From positions 5,890,001 through 5,954,000 of the forward strand of contig CAKKNE010000001.1 of NCBI GenBank assembly GCA_918797485.1: a DNA stretch of 64,000 nt. Reading direction: 5' to 3'. The notes beneath the pieces are model-generated. The model was not told the DNA's origin, did no database searches, and saw only the letters and a program-made list of their open reading frames with translations. Below are positions 39,805 through 49,682 of the stretch, piece by piece. Numbering within the stretch: position 1 is the first letter of the stretch; each line of letters opens with the position of its first letter. This DNA is from Pelagomonas calceolata. Lineage: Eukaryota. A program made the position numbers and the translations under genes.

Positions 39805-40785
39805 CTACTCCTCGTCCTCGTCGTCGGCGACGACGAGCGTGCCCGCGCCCTCGTCGGAAAACAGCTCCTCGAGGACGGCGTGGTCGATGCGCCCGTCGAC
39901 GATCGCCGCGCCGCCGCAGCCGTTGTTCACGGCCTGCACCGCCGTCTGGAGCTTCGGGATCATGCCGCCCTTGATGATGCCCTCCTTGACGAGCGCGTCG
40001 GCCGAGCTCGGCGTGATGCGCTGGATGAGCTCCATGTTCGCGTCGAGGACGCCCGTCACGTCCGTGAGGAGGAGGAGGCGCGACGCCTTCAATGCCTCGG
40101 CGACGGCGCCCGCCGCCGTGTCCGCGTTCACCGAGAACGTCTCGCCGTTCCGGCCCGCCGCGATCGGCGCTACCACCGGTATGCGGCCGTCATCTAGCAC
40201 GTCGTTGAGGAGCTTCGCGTTGACCTCGGCCGGCTCGCCGACGAAGCCCAGGTCCACGATCTCGACGACGTTGCCCTTCTCGTTCAGGCGCTCCTTGACG
40301 AGCTTGTCCGCGACGATTAAGGAGTCGTCCTTGCCCGACAAGCCTAACGCGCGCCCACCTAGGCGAGAAATCGCGGCAGAAATCTGCTTGTTGATCGACC
40401 CGCACAGGACCATCTCCGACACCTTCACGGTCGCGGCGTCGGTCACCCGCAATCCATCGATGAATTGCGACGTCGTGTTTAATCTTTTGAGCATGTCGCC
40501 GATCTGCGGGCCGCCGCCGTGGACCACTACTGGTCTGACACCTAGCTTCTGCATCAATACGATGTCCTGCGCGAAGCACTCGGCGGCCCGTTCATCCGAC
40601 ATCGCGTGGCCGCCGTACTTGACCACCACGCACAACCCCGAGTGCTGCGAGAAGCACTCCAGCGCTTCAAAAATCTTCGTCCCGTCGAGGCCGCCCGCCG
40701 TCATCCCCACGCTCGACGGTGGGCGTATTGTTGTGTGCGGCGGCACGAGGGCCGTCGCCGCCGTTAGTAGTAGAAGTGTTCGCAT
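39805..40785 (-). CDS. argB: N-acetylglutamate kinase, probably plastid-targeted
   Basis: VVKYGGHAM, VVVHGGGPQI, GLRVTD, NADTAAG, LLTDV and GGMIPK. N-terminal signal plus transit-like peptide. Confidence 0.95.
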   Translation of the reverse strand: MRTLLLLTAATALVPPHTTIRPPSSVGMTAGGLDGTKIFEALECFSQHSGLCVVVKYGGHAMSDERAAECFAQDIVLMQKLGVRPVVVHGGGPQIGDMLKRLNTTSQFIDGLRVTDAATVKVSEMVLCGSINKQISAAISRLGGRALGLSGKDDSLIVADKLVKERLNEKGNVVEIVDLGFVGEPAEVNAKLLNDVLDDGRIPVVAPIAAGRNGETFSVNADTAAGAVAEALKASRLLLLTDVTGVLDANMELIQRITPSSADALVKEGIIKGGMIPKLQTAVQAVNNGCGGAAIVDGRIDHAVLEELFSDEGAGTLVVADDEDEE

Positions 40786-41025
40786 GTTGGGCGCGTAGCG
40801 TGTGTAGTACTATCCGCGAGATCCGCGGCTCTTTTGCTCGGCTGCTGGCGCGTGGCGGCCCTCGCGATCCGCTGCTCTCCCTACAAGCTACTTTTGCCCA
40901 CGCGTAGCGGTGGCTTTTGGGACTCGGCGCAGCGCTTCCCCACAAGCTGGAGAGGCTGTACGCTTGTTCTGGATTGCCGCGAAGCTGTAGAAGCGCCGCC
41001 AGCGCGTTTTGGGAGAGCTAGGCTC

Positions 41026-41048
41026 GCTAGCGTCGTAAAGACACTAGC
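41026..41048 (-). promoter_or_regulatory. CTAG-box upstream motif
   Basis: Minus strand gctagtgtctttacgacgctagc upstream of argB. Confidence 0.55.
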
Positions 41049-41234
41049 AGCAAAAAAGCAAACTCCGCGCAAGACAGCACGCGTCGCTTATGCGCTGCTA
41101 GCTTACGTCACTGGTGCGTTTGAGCTCTATCGTAGCTGCACCGAGCCATACGTCCGTCCGAGACACAGCTGTGCAATAGCCAAAACCGCCAGCAAACCCC
41201 AGGCGGCCTTTTTGGTCTCCGAGCGCGCGAAGCC

Positions 41235-43340
41235 ATGGATAGCGCCTCCAAACAGAAGGTGATGGACTGGCTCGCGGACTCGAGTGACGAAGACGAAGAC
41301 CCGGCGACGCCCGACGCGGCGCCCGCGGCGCAGTTCTCGATCACCTCGCCGTCGGACGCCGCGCCGTCGGAGGCCGCGCCGTCGGCGCCGCCGACGCCCG
41401 CCGTCGAGCCGCCCGCCGCCGCGCCGTCGGTGCCGGAACCGGCGCCCGCACCGCCGCCGGCGCCAGCGCCCGTAGCGCCGGCGCCACCGACGCCGGCCGT
41501 TGAGCCGCCCGCAGCCGAGCCTGCGCCGGAACCGGCGCCCGCACCGCCGCCGGCGCCAGCGCCCGAGCCCGCTGTGGCACCGGCGCCCGCGCCTGTGGTA
41601 CCGGCGCCCGAGCCACCGCGCCCGGCCACGCCCGAGCCGCCAGCGCCGGCGCCGGTGCCCGCGGCGACGCCGCCGCCCGCCGCGCCGGCCGCCGTCATCT
41701 CGCCCGAGGCTGCGAACCCGCCTGCGCCGGCGGTCGTCTCGCCGACGGCCACGCCCGCCGCGCCGCCCGCGCCGGCGCCCGCGGCGGCCGCACCGACAGC
41801 GATCGACTTCCTCTCGTCGGTGGCGGCCGCGCCCGCGCCGGCGGCACCGGCCCCGGACACCGACCTGCTCTCGATGGAACCCGCATCGGCGGCGCCGCTG
41901 GCCGACGTCGACCTCCTCTCCATGGAGCCGGCGGCACCGGCGCCAGCGGCCGACGTCGACCTCCTCTCCATGGAGCCGGCGCCGGCAGAAGCACCGACGG
42001 AGAGCGTGGACCTCCTCTCGATGGAGCCGGCACCTACGCCGCCGCCGCGGAGCCCGGAAGCGGCGTCGGCGGCGTCCGTGCTAGCGGAGGTCGACGAGCT
42101 CCTCGCCGCGGAGCCAGCGCCTGCCGCGGAGCCGCCGCGGCCGTCGACGCCGGAACCGACGGTGCCCGCGGAGCCCGCGTTCTACACCTCGCCGGCGCCC
42201 GAACCGGCCGCGAGCACCAAGGAGCGCACGCCCGCCGGCGCACGCGTCGTCACGATGGCGAGCGGCTCGAGCGCGACCGCGCCGCCGCCGCCGGAGCCCG
42301 AGGACCCCGCCGCGGCGCTCGCGGACGTGAGCCTCCGGAACTCGCCCGTGCCGCCCGAGGGCGTGTCGCCCCAGTTTTCTTCATTGGATACGCTCCAGAC
42401 GCCCCCGACGTCGCCCGTCGAGCTCCAGATGCCGCCGAGCGTGCCATCGACGGAGCTCATGAGCGGCCAGCTGTCGGACGAGCTCGACCACGCGCCGCCG
42501 CCGCCGGCCGTGAAGGAGACGACGATGCAGCGCATGAAGCGCCTCGCCGCCGAGGCCAAGGCGACGGCCGCGGCGCGCTTCGCCTCGAAGCCCTCCTCCA
42601 AGCCCGCGGGCCCCAAGGCGTCCGAGCGCTTCCGCGCGGCCGCCATGGACTTCCACCGCCGCGCGTCCGAGTCCATGGCGGCGCTGCGCGAGAAGAAGAA
42701 GGCGCCCGAGAAGCCCGTTCAAAGGAAGCCCGCCTTCGCGTCGCCCGTGGCGACGGACCCCGCGTCGCCTTCGGCCAATTGTTTTTCCATCGGTGATGAT
42801 GAAGAGGGCGACGAGCTCGACTACCAGTCGCCGCAATCGACACCGCCGCGGCCGAAGAAGGAGCCCGTGCCTCTGACGGCCGCGGAGCAGGAGTCGCTGG
42901 CGCTGGCGCAGCATAGAATTGCGGGGCTGACCAAGGGCGACGAGGTCATCTTCGACGCGGACCACCTGCCTGATACCATACTATTTATGGCCATCAAGCT
43001 GAAACCGAACAAGACGGCCGCGAAGTTCGGCCTCTCGTCGGTCGCGGAGCGGAAGCTGCTGCGCTGCGTCGGCGTGAACCGGGAACGGCTCCTCGTCTTC
43101 GACACGTTCGGCGAGACGGTCAAGCTCGGGTCGAAGGGGCGCGTCAAGTCGAACCACCACCTCACGGAGCTCGTGAAGCTGACCTTTCCTAGAGCGCGCG
43201 AGCGCGACGTCGTCGCTTTGCACATCCGGGCCGGTATGGCGGGCGCCGACGATCTAGCGCTGAAGGCGAACGTGTACAAGGTGCCGCGCGCGGAGTCGAT
43301 GATCGCCAAGCTCCAGGAGCGGCTGGCGAAGTTTCGTTAA
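41235..43340 (+). CDS. Pro/Ala-rich protein with DLLSMEP repeats and a C-terminal PH-like domain
   Basis: 701-aa ORF with a low-complexity N-terminus, four DLLSMEP repeats and a beta-rich C-terminal domain ending in a helix. Confidence 0.75.
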   Translation: MDSASKQKVMDWLADSSDEDEDPATPDAAPAAQFSITSPSDAAPSEAAPSAPPTPAVEPPAAAPSVPEPAPAPPPAPAPVAPAPPTPAVEPPAAEPAPEPAPAPPPAPAPEPAVAPAPAPVVPAPEPPRPATPEPPAPAPVPAATPPPAAPAAVISPEAANPPAPAVVSPTATPAAPPAPAPAAAAPTAIDFLSSVAAAPAPAAPAPDTDLLSMEPASAAPLADVDLLSMEPAAPAPAADVDLLSMEPAPAEAPTESVDLLSMEPAPTPPPRSPEAASAASVLAEVDELLAAEPAPAAEPPRPSTPEPTVPAEPAFYTSPAPEPAASTKERTPAGARVVTMASGSSATAPPPPEPEDPAAALADVSLRNSPVPPEGVSPQFSSLDTLQTPPTSPVELQMPPSVPSTELMSGQLSDELDHAPPPPAVKETTMQRMKRLAAEAKATAAARFASKPSSKPAGPKASERFRAAAMDFHRRASESMAALREKKKAPEKPVQRKPAFASPVATDPASPSANCFSIGDDEEGDELDYQSPQSTPPRPKKEPVPLTAAEQESLALAQHRIAGLTKGDEVIFDADHLPDTILFMAIKLKPNKTAAKFGLSSVAERKLLRCVGVNRERLLVFDTFGETVKLGSKGRVKSNHHLTELVKLTFPRARERDVVALHIRAGMAGADDLALKANVYKVPRAESMIAKLQERLAKFR

Positions 43341-43358
43341 TGATTGGTTTCTTACTTG

Positions 43359-43523
43359 CTAGTAGTCGCCCGTATGGAAGCCGAATGCGACGATCGTAGG
43401 GATGACGTCCGGCGGGAGTCGCGGGAATTTGGGCACGAAAGTTCGCACGAGGCGCGCGCGGTGTTGCTTTTCATAGGCGGCCCAGGAGCCGGCCGCGGCG
43501 ACCTTGTCAACGTATTGGCGCAT
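43359..43523 (-). pseudogene. Isolated 3' module of a lineage-specific family gene
   Basis: MRQYVDKVAAAGSWAAYEKQHRARLVRTFVPKFPRLPPDVIPTIVAFGFHTGDY* is protein-like. The sequence upstream of it is the antisense of the LRR fragment. Confidence 0.5.
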
Positions 43524-43530
43524 CGTTGGC

Positions 43531-43908
43531 CTGCGTGAAAACCACATTCGCGGAGAGCTGGGCTTGCGACTTCTGTGTTTCAACCGAGGCCTGCGGAGTT
43601 TGTGGGTCGAAGGGAACCCGATAGATCGCCCGCGGGCGTTGGTCGTCGGCGTGGCCCCACAAGTGCTTTTTCTGGACGGCGAACATTTAGCGCCGGGCGC
43701 GCTCGGCGTGAAGGAGCGCAAGGTCTTCGAGTCGCCCCCGGAGCCGCGGGCCCGGATGGCAGTGATACAGGACAGCCTCTCGCCCGTCGACGCAACGTCG
43801 GCGTTTGCATCGGCGGCGGCCGCGCGCGCCTCGAGGCGGTCGGGCGGCCGGCGCGAGCCGAACACTCCTTTGTCGCGCGGGATGTCGGAGCCCGAGCGAG
43901 GGGTCTAA
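43531..43908 (+). pseudogene. 5'-truncated leucine-rich repeat (LRRcap-type) gene fragment
   Basis: LRENHIRGELGLRLLCFNRGLRSLWVEGNPI..PRALVVGVAPQVLFLDG matches the final LRRs plus cap. No ATG or earlier repeats. Confidence 0.55.
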
Positions 43909-43930
43909 GACACAGAGAGTCACATTAGTC

Positions 43931-45436
43931 CTAGCGCGTCCACTGGTCCCGCTTCACTTCCTCCTCTTCCCCAGCCGTCTCGTCAGAATCAGAAGACGTC
44001 GAGCCGAGGTCCTCCTCCTCGTCCTCCTCCTCGTCCTCGTTCTCACTCTCTTCCGCCGCCCAGTGCGCCGACCGCTTGCTCATGGTCCCGCCCACGAGCC
44101 GCGTCCAAGGCGCGTCCTTCTTGCGCGCGTCACGGCACCATACATCATCTAATGCAAGCTCCTTGGTGTCACCCACCTCCAGGGTGCCCCCCAGTACATA
44201 CAAGACTTTTCCCGCGACCGCGCAGCAGGCGCCGATGCGCGGCGGCGGCGTTAACGAGACCGCTACTAATGAAGCTTGCAGCGCTTTCCGGTCCCACGCT
44301 CTCGGTGGCGGCGGCGGCAGGTCGGGGTCTTGTAAAGCGTCTCGCCTCTTCCAGCGTTTTTTCGTCGTATCTAGAACGTAGTGGTCGTCGTAGAACGTCG
44401 ACTCCGTCGATAAGCCCTCTCCATCCACATCATACACACCACCGAACACGTGCGTCGTATCGTTTCTATACGAAGCACACACGCCGCATCGCGGCGACGG
44501 CGCCGACCCGCCTATACTTCCACCTAGCTTGACCCTAGACCAAGATGACAAGGTACTACTGTCGTCGAACGGGTCCGCTATTTTTAACTCCCAGCAGTCC
44601 GTGTGGGGCTTGCCTCGCGCTTTCACGGCGTTGTCGCACCGTATTTCCGAGTAGCCGCCCCAGACCAGCACGGAAAAATCACTACAAGGCGCCAGGACGC
44701 AGCCCGATCGTAAGGGCGGCTTCGCGACCCCGGGCGCGTCCGTAAATTTGAGGGGACGCCACTCGTTGTGTGCTGGCGAGTAGAGCCAGGTGTCGTTCAC
44801 AAACACCGCATTCTGGTCCTGCGACGCCTTGTAGAAGCCGCCAAAAACCAGTATTTTGCCGCGCCACTCGACCATGCGGTGGCCCGATCTGGAAGAAGGC
44901 ATCGTTTTCGTGCACGGTTCGACCTGTTCCCAGGCCAGCGTCTTGGCGTCGAGGCGCCACAAGTCGCGGTAGTGGTAGAACTGGGTCAGTGTGGCGTACT
45001 CGCCGCCAAACACGTACAAGTGATCATTTAACGAGACGGCCTGGTGCGAGCAGCGCGGTGAGGGCGTGTTGAGGGACTCTACTTTAAACCATTCATTCTT
45101 CGTCGTTCGGTACTTGTAGAGGTCATTCAGCACAGTCGTCTGGTCCCCGTCGCTCGACTCACCGCCGAACAAGTAGAGGTCATCCCCTACATTTGTTAAA
45201 GTCGCGTTGCACCGCGGGGCGAACTTTTCCTCGCTTTCAATCCTCGTGACCGTGACCTCGGTCCGTTCGAGATCTTTCGCACGCTGCTGTGCTATGAGTT
45301 GCGCGAGGTCCTGCTGCTCATCTAGTAGACCTGCCTTGCGATCGCGCTTGTCGGCGCAGCGCTCCTGCTTCGCCGCCTTTCTCTGTTTTTTTGCTAATTC
45401 TTTCGCGGGGTCCTTTTTCTTCTTCTTGTTTCCCAT
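43931..45436 (-). CDS. KLHDC4: Kelch domain-containing protein 4 homolog
   Basis: Basic MGNKKKKK N-terminus. LYLFGGE, PSPRCSHQAV, VFGGEY...QFYHYRDLW, RSGHRMV and VFGGF. Acidic C-terminus. Confidence 0.85.
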   Translation of the reverse strand: MGNKKKKKDPAKELAKKQRKAAKQERCADKRDRKAGLLDEQQDLAQLIAQQRAKDLERTEVTVTRIESEEKFAPRCNATLTNVGDDLYLFGGESSDGDQTTVLNDLYKYRTTKNEWFKVESLNTPSPRCSHQAVSLNDHLYVFGGEYATLTQFYHYRDLWRLDAKTLAWEQVEPCTKTMPSSRSGHRMVEWRGKILVFGGFYKASQDQNAVFVNDTWLYSPAHNEWRPLKFTDAPGVAKPPLRSGCVLAPCSDFSVLVWGGYSEIRCDNAVKARGKPHTDCWELKIADPFDDSSTLSSWSRVKLGGSIGGSAPSPRCGVCASYRNDTTHVFGGVYDVDGEGLSTESTFYDDHYVLDTTKKRWKRRDALQDPDLPPPPPRAWDRKALQASLVAVSLTPPPRIGACCAVAGKVLYVLGGTLEVGDTKELALDDVWCRDARKKDAPWTRLVGGTMSKRSAHWAAEESENEDEEEDEEEDLGSTSSDSDETAGEEEEVKRDQWTR

Positions 45437-45740
45437 TGTTTCACGCTCGCGGTTCGACGCTCAACTACAGCTCTGCGCTCTCTCCCGTTTGTTTTACTGT
45501 GTACCGATGCGAGATGCACACGAGAGCTGGCTTGCACCGTCGACGGGCGTACACTGGCTGTGTGCGCGAGTCCTTTGCCCAATTTCAACTCGATGCTCTC
45601 CCGCTTGTGCTTTCCCGCACTGCGAAACGCGCTAGCGAGCCGAGTGGGTCGTAGACGCAGTGCAATTTGGCGACGCGTGCGCGTCTCTGCCTGGCGTGGT
45701 GCTTTCCTATAGCCGATTTTGAGCTCTGGCCGCTGTCGCA

Positions 45741-45764
45741 GCTAGCGGCCTGTAACACTCTAGC
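45741..45764 (-). promoter_or_regulatory. CTAG-box upstream motif
   Basis: Minus strand gctagagtgttacaggccgctagc upstream of KLHDC4. Confidence 0.55.
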
Positions 45765-45988
45765 AAGCCAAAAGTTGCTCGGCCGCACTGCCGGCATTAG
45801 CTGCCGTTCTGTCGATACAGATGATGCATTCGTGTAAATGTGAGCTTTCCGCTCGGTGAGGCTGCCCCGGCACGCGACAATCGCATCCAGACACAACAAT
45901 CTCACACCAGAGTCTGTGAGGCTGCCCGCGCTTGACGTGCACCAACCCGCGCTTGACGTGACAAAGCACATCAATCGCAGCAGCGCAT

Positions 45989-46738
45989 ATGTCCGCTCTA
46001 TGCTGCCGCGCGGGCGACTCACCGCTCGTGGCCGCCTCGCGCGTCACGCTTTCCGTACAGCTCTACGCCGAACTGGGCGCGCTCGGGCTCGTGAGCGCGA
46101 TGCTCGCGGGAGCGAGGCCGCACCTCGACGAGCGGAGCGGCCTCGCAATAACAGCGCTGTGGCTGGCCGTGGCGACGGGCGGCCTCGCGCTCGGCGCGTG
46201 CGTGGCGTCGCTGCGCGGGCTGCGCCACGGCCGAGCGTTCCCACGCTTCGTTGTCGCGGCGCTCGGAACTATCATGGCCCTCACAACCATCGCCATCGTC
46301 GTCGCGGCGCTGCAGAATAAACGGGGCCACGAGCACACGTCGGGCGACGACCGGAGACGGACGCGGACGGTCCTCGTCGTGACGCTCCTGACGGAGATGT
46401 CCCTCGCCGCCGTTCGCGCCGCGGCCGCGGATGTGGTCCGAAAAATCGTGGGAGACCAGTTTCGCCAACGCGGCGACGCCTTCGACGAAGTGACGGGCTT
46501 CGAGACGAGCCGCGTTCGCCCCGTCGCCGAGCGGCGCCGCGACCCCGGCGTCTTCGCGCGCGCGCCGCCGAAGCCTCCGCCACAGAAACCTTCCCGGCAG
46601 GAGCAGTGCGTCATCTGCCAGGAGACGATCGGGAGCGCCGGCGAGCGGCTGCCCTGCGCGCACGTCTTCCACCGCGCGTGCCTCGAGCGGTGGCTTGCGG
46701 AGAAGCGGTGGTGCCCTGTCTGTCGAACGCCCGTGTGA
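45989..46738 (+). CDS. Membrane-anchored RING-H2 E3 ligase
   Basis: About 4 hydrophobic segments, then CVICQE...LPCAHVFHRACLERWL...CPVCR. Start is uncertain. Confidence 0.8.
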   Translation: MSALCCRAGDSPLVAASRVTLSVQLYAELGALGLVSAMLAGARPHLDERSGLAITALWLAVATGGLALGACVASLRGLRHGRAFPRFVVAALGTIMALTTIAIVVAALQNKRGHEHTSGDDRRRTRTVLVVTLLTEMSLAAVRAAAADVVRKIVGDQFRQRGDAFDEVTGFETSRVRPVAERRRDPGVFARAPPKPPPQKPSRQEQCVICQETIGSAGERLPCAHVFHRACLERWLAEKRWCPVCRTPV

Positions 46739-47099
46739 GTTAAGATTGTTGCCTTGCTTAGAGCTAGCCATCTCGAGGCGCGCGGGCGTTTGCCCGGACA
46801 GGGGCAGCCGTCCCAAGCCTGGGAGGACGAATGGGAGTCGCTGGTCGCGAGGAAGCTAGCGTCATAATTCCCCTAGCGGGGCTATGTGATGGAGGTGGTT
46901 TTTGGAGGCAAAAAAGTAGTAGCAAACAAGTGGTTGCAAGACAGTGACCGCTCCGCGTCAACACTCAGTTCACCATTCTACCCTCTGAGCGCGCGAGAGA
47001 CTGAGAAACGCGGCTAGCGGAATCTTGCGAAATCAATCGAAATGCTAGGATTGCAGGCGCGGCCTATGGTCCCTCCCCCAGTCGGCCCGCGGTCGCCAC

Positions 47100-47258
47100 C
47101 TGTGTGGAAATCAAATTTACGGCGCGTTCGCCTCCACGCCATCGACGCGGCACCTGCTCGATGGCGTGGCAATGTCGGGTCCTCACCGCTCGACGGAGCC
47201 AGCGCGGCCACGTTGTCGCCGAGAAATGCACCCGATACAGTGGTTGATTTCCACACAG
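47100..47258. mobile_element. Introner-type MITE, 159 bp, 15-bp TIRs, 8-bp TSD
   Basis: ctgtgtggaaatcaa...ttgatttccacacag is flanked by gtcgccac at 47092-47099 and 47259-47266. Confidence 0.9.
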
Positions 47259-47279
47259 GTCGCCACGGTAGTTCCCAGC

Positions 47280-47447
47280 AAGGACGCTGCTCCTCGACCG
47301 CGCTGATCTCCAATCTCCATAGTTCTCTGGAGATGAAAAACTTTTTGGTCCCTCCCCAGTCGGCCCGCAAAGGACGTGCTCCTCGACCGCGCTGATCTCC
47401 AATCTCCATAGTTCTCTGGAGATACAAAAATTTTTGGTCCCTCCCCA
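47280..47447. repeat. Tandem duplication, ~90-bp unit, ~2 copies (partial third copy at 47067-47090)
   Basis: tgctcctcgaccgcgctgatctccaatctccatagttctctggagat...tttttggtccctcccca occurs twice. Confidence 0.9.
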
Positions 47448-47587
47448 CATAAAAACAAACCATCTTAGTATGATTCATATTCAAGGAAAGCTAAAAGTCG
47501 AAGATGCCCTTCCTCAGGCCGACTCGCCGCGCGTCTGAAGAATCACCCTGTCTGTCGAACGCCCGTGTGAGTAAACCATAACACAAT

Positions 47588-49444
47588 TTAGTCGATATAC
47601 ACGACCTCCTCCTCAGGTGGCTTTTGATAAAGGAACGCGCGCGGCTCGAGGTCGGGGCGCGCGGGGGCGCGCGCCGGCTCATCCTTCCCCCCACAGATCT
47701 TGCGATAGACGTCGAAGCCGCCGCAGTTGTCCAGACCTCCATCGGTCCCGCACTCGCCGTCTCCCTCGCAGAGCACGCCGCATGCAACCCTGTCGCAGGT
47801 GGCCAGGTCGCTATCTCTGGGGCAGTCTTCTGGGTCGACGGGCTCGAGCGACGTGCCGCACGGGCTCCAAGCTATCGGCGGGAAGGGTACGCCCGTGCGG
47901 GACGGGTGCTCCCACGGCATCACCGTCTCGTACCGCGTGCCGGGCCGTTTTCCCATGTCGTTGTAGACGTGTTTTTCGTCGGGGTCGTACCAGTGCATGA
48001 TCCAGTCCGCGAGCTTGCGCCCCGGCTCCTCGCCCACGGGGTAGAGGTAGCTCTCCGCCTCCTCCTCGCTAATGCGCTCGAAGTCGTCGGGGCTCCGGTT
48101 CGCGAGGTCCTCGTCGATCTCGGTGGGCGCCGACTCGTAGGGGTAGTCGTAGGGCGCCCGCAGCCACTCTAATGGAGGCAAATGCTGGTTGGACGCGTTC
48201 CCGTGCAACGCCTGCTGCTCGAACAGGGCGTCTACCAATCGCCCCGCGGCGTCGTCGAGCAGCTTCGAGTCGTTCGTGAAGCGGGGCTGCAGCGGGAGCT
48301 TGCCGTCGAACCACCAGCGCTTGTGGAGGAACGTGTCCACGACGCGTCGTACCTCACGTGCCGACGACTCCGCATAGACTTTGAGGGTGTGGTGGTCGTC
48401 GTCTATGGTAATAGATAGATCGACGTTTATTAAAGGCGCCACGGGCCGTTGTAAGGTTGCGGCCCTACACGCGTCGTAGGCCGGATCAGGTCTTCGGTTC
48501 ACCGTGAGTCGCGGACACGCTTTATCTGATTCCCGCCGCAACACGTGGCAGAGCGGCTCCAATGAAGACGCCTCGACGGCTTTGACCCTCCTCTTAAGAG
48601 GATACCAGTCCTCGAAGCCCGCTATTTGCCTTTCTAAACAAGCTCGATTCGTGAACTCGAACCCATCTTTTGCTCGTACTTCACCTTGCGGGACCAGGTA
48701 GTCCATCGTCAACGCCGCCTGTCTCACGAGAGCGTCGCCCATGAATAACGAATCGTCCATGACGTTCCGCGTCGAGTTGTCGGGATGCGTCGCCCCAAAC
48801 ACGGCGATCCTGCTATGCCGCACTCGCCTCAGATTGCCGCGGTGGATCATCAGCGGGCCCATTTTTCCATCATCAAAAGTAAATACCAAATCCAACCTAC
48901 AAACAATGAACAGCATGTACTGCGTCCCGTCCCGATGTTCCCACTCGTACCAGTTCGACAACCTTATAGCTTCTCGCATCGAATAAAAGTGGGCGTACTT
49001 GTTCTGGAGGACCTGCGGGCACCGCTGGCCCGTGCTCACTCTCCTATCGTATCGGCAGTCCATGTCATACACTAATGATCGGGATATTTGGTGGTACTCG
49101 TCCGCAAAATCCATCATATCCTCTACGGTATAATTCGTCGGCTCGTACGCCGTTACGACTTCTGCACTCTCGTTGCCGGACCACGTGTGCAGGAACAGGT
49201 CCGCGTCGATGTGCGGCCTTAAATAGGTCATGATCTGGTGGGCCGTCGGCCGCCAGTCCGCGTTCGTGGTGGTGCAGCCGTCATACCTCTTATGTTTCGT
49301 GGGCGACGAGAGGCCGTGCATGATGATCGCGATGTCGACTTTGGTCTCCGGGTCGCGCTTGTTGGGGTCGCGCGCCAGCTTCTCCTCGTAGTCGGTTTGT
49401 TGGCCCAGTACGGCGGCGGCGTAAAGCCACCACAGCTTGGCCAT
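47588..49444 (-). CDS. Secreted protein, possible glycosyltransferase-like domain, with a Cys-rich C-terminal module
   Basis: Signal peptide. DIAIIMHG, DLFLHTW and FIVCRLDLVF. C-terminal CGVLCEGDGECGTDGGLDNC...DVYRKIC. Confidence 0.7.
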   Translation of the reverse strand: MAKLWWLYAAAVLGQQTDYEEKLARDPNKRDPETKVDIAIIMHGLSSPTKHKRYDGCTTTNADWRPTAHQIMTYLRPHIDADLFLHTWSGNESAEVVTAYEPTNYTVEDMMDFADEYHQISRSLVYDMDCRYDRRVSTGQRCPQVLQNKYAHFYSMREAIRLSNWYEWEHRDGTQYMLFIVCRLDLVFTFDDGKMGPLMIHRGNLRRVRHSRIAVFGATHPDNSTRNVMDDSLFMGDALVRQAALTMDYLVPQGEVRAKDGFEFTNRACLERQIAGFEDWYPLKRRVKAVEASSLEPLCHVLRRESDKACPRLTVNRRPDPAYDACRAATLQRPVAPLINVDLSITIDDDHHTLKVYAESSAREVRRVVDTFLHKRWWFDGKLPLQPRFTNDSKLLDDAAGRLVDALFEQQALHGNASNQHLPPLEWLRAPYDYPYESAPTEIDEDLANRSPDDFERISEEEAESYLYPVGEEPGRKLADWIMHWYDPDEKHVYNDMGKRPGTRYETVMPWEHPSRTGVPFPPIAWSPCGTSLEPVDPEDCPRDSDLATCDRVACGVLCEGDGECGTDGGLDNCGGFDVYRKICGGKDEPARAPARPDLEPRAFLYQKPPEEEVVYID

Positions 49445-49630
49445 CGTCGTTTCCCCGGCGCGGCGGCGAGTGGCCGTGGTGGGGAGTGCGGTGTTTTTGG
49501 CTGCCTCCGAGCTTTTATGCGCAGCTTTTCACTCGCGCCCTTGGCGCGGGCGGCTTCTGAGTACCCATGCGCGGCATACGAGCCACGGTGTGGGTGTTAT
49601 CGATGCGTTTTTCGGGGCTGCCCTCGAAAA

Positions 49631-49653
49631 GCTAGTGGCCTTGTGACGCTAGC
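49631..49653 (+). promoter_or_regulatory. CTAG-box upstream motif
   Basis: gctagtggccttgtgacgctagc upstream of the histidine phosphatase gene. Confidence 0.5.
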
Positions 49654-49682
49654 AGCATTATACTCGCACGTCGTTTTTACAG

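Larger units (their letters stand above)
46714..47572. repeat. 27-bp perfect direct repeats (46714-46740, 47546-47572) flanking an 805-bp insert
   Basis: ccctgtctgtcgaacgcccgtgtgagt occurs at both positions and includes the RING gene stop codon. Confidence 0.9.

Noticed and set aside
45856..45961. Short direct repeats (gtgaggctgccc; cccgcgcttgacgtg) upstream of the RING-H2 gene
   Set aside because: Two-copy 12-15-bp repeats consistent with local slippage, with no further structure.
47280..47447. Repeated unit as a CRISPR array
   Set aside because: Only ~2 contiguous copies, no unique spacers, no cas genes, and a eukaryotic context.
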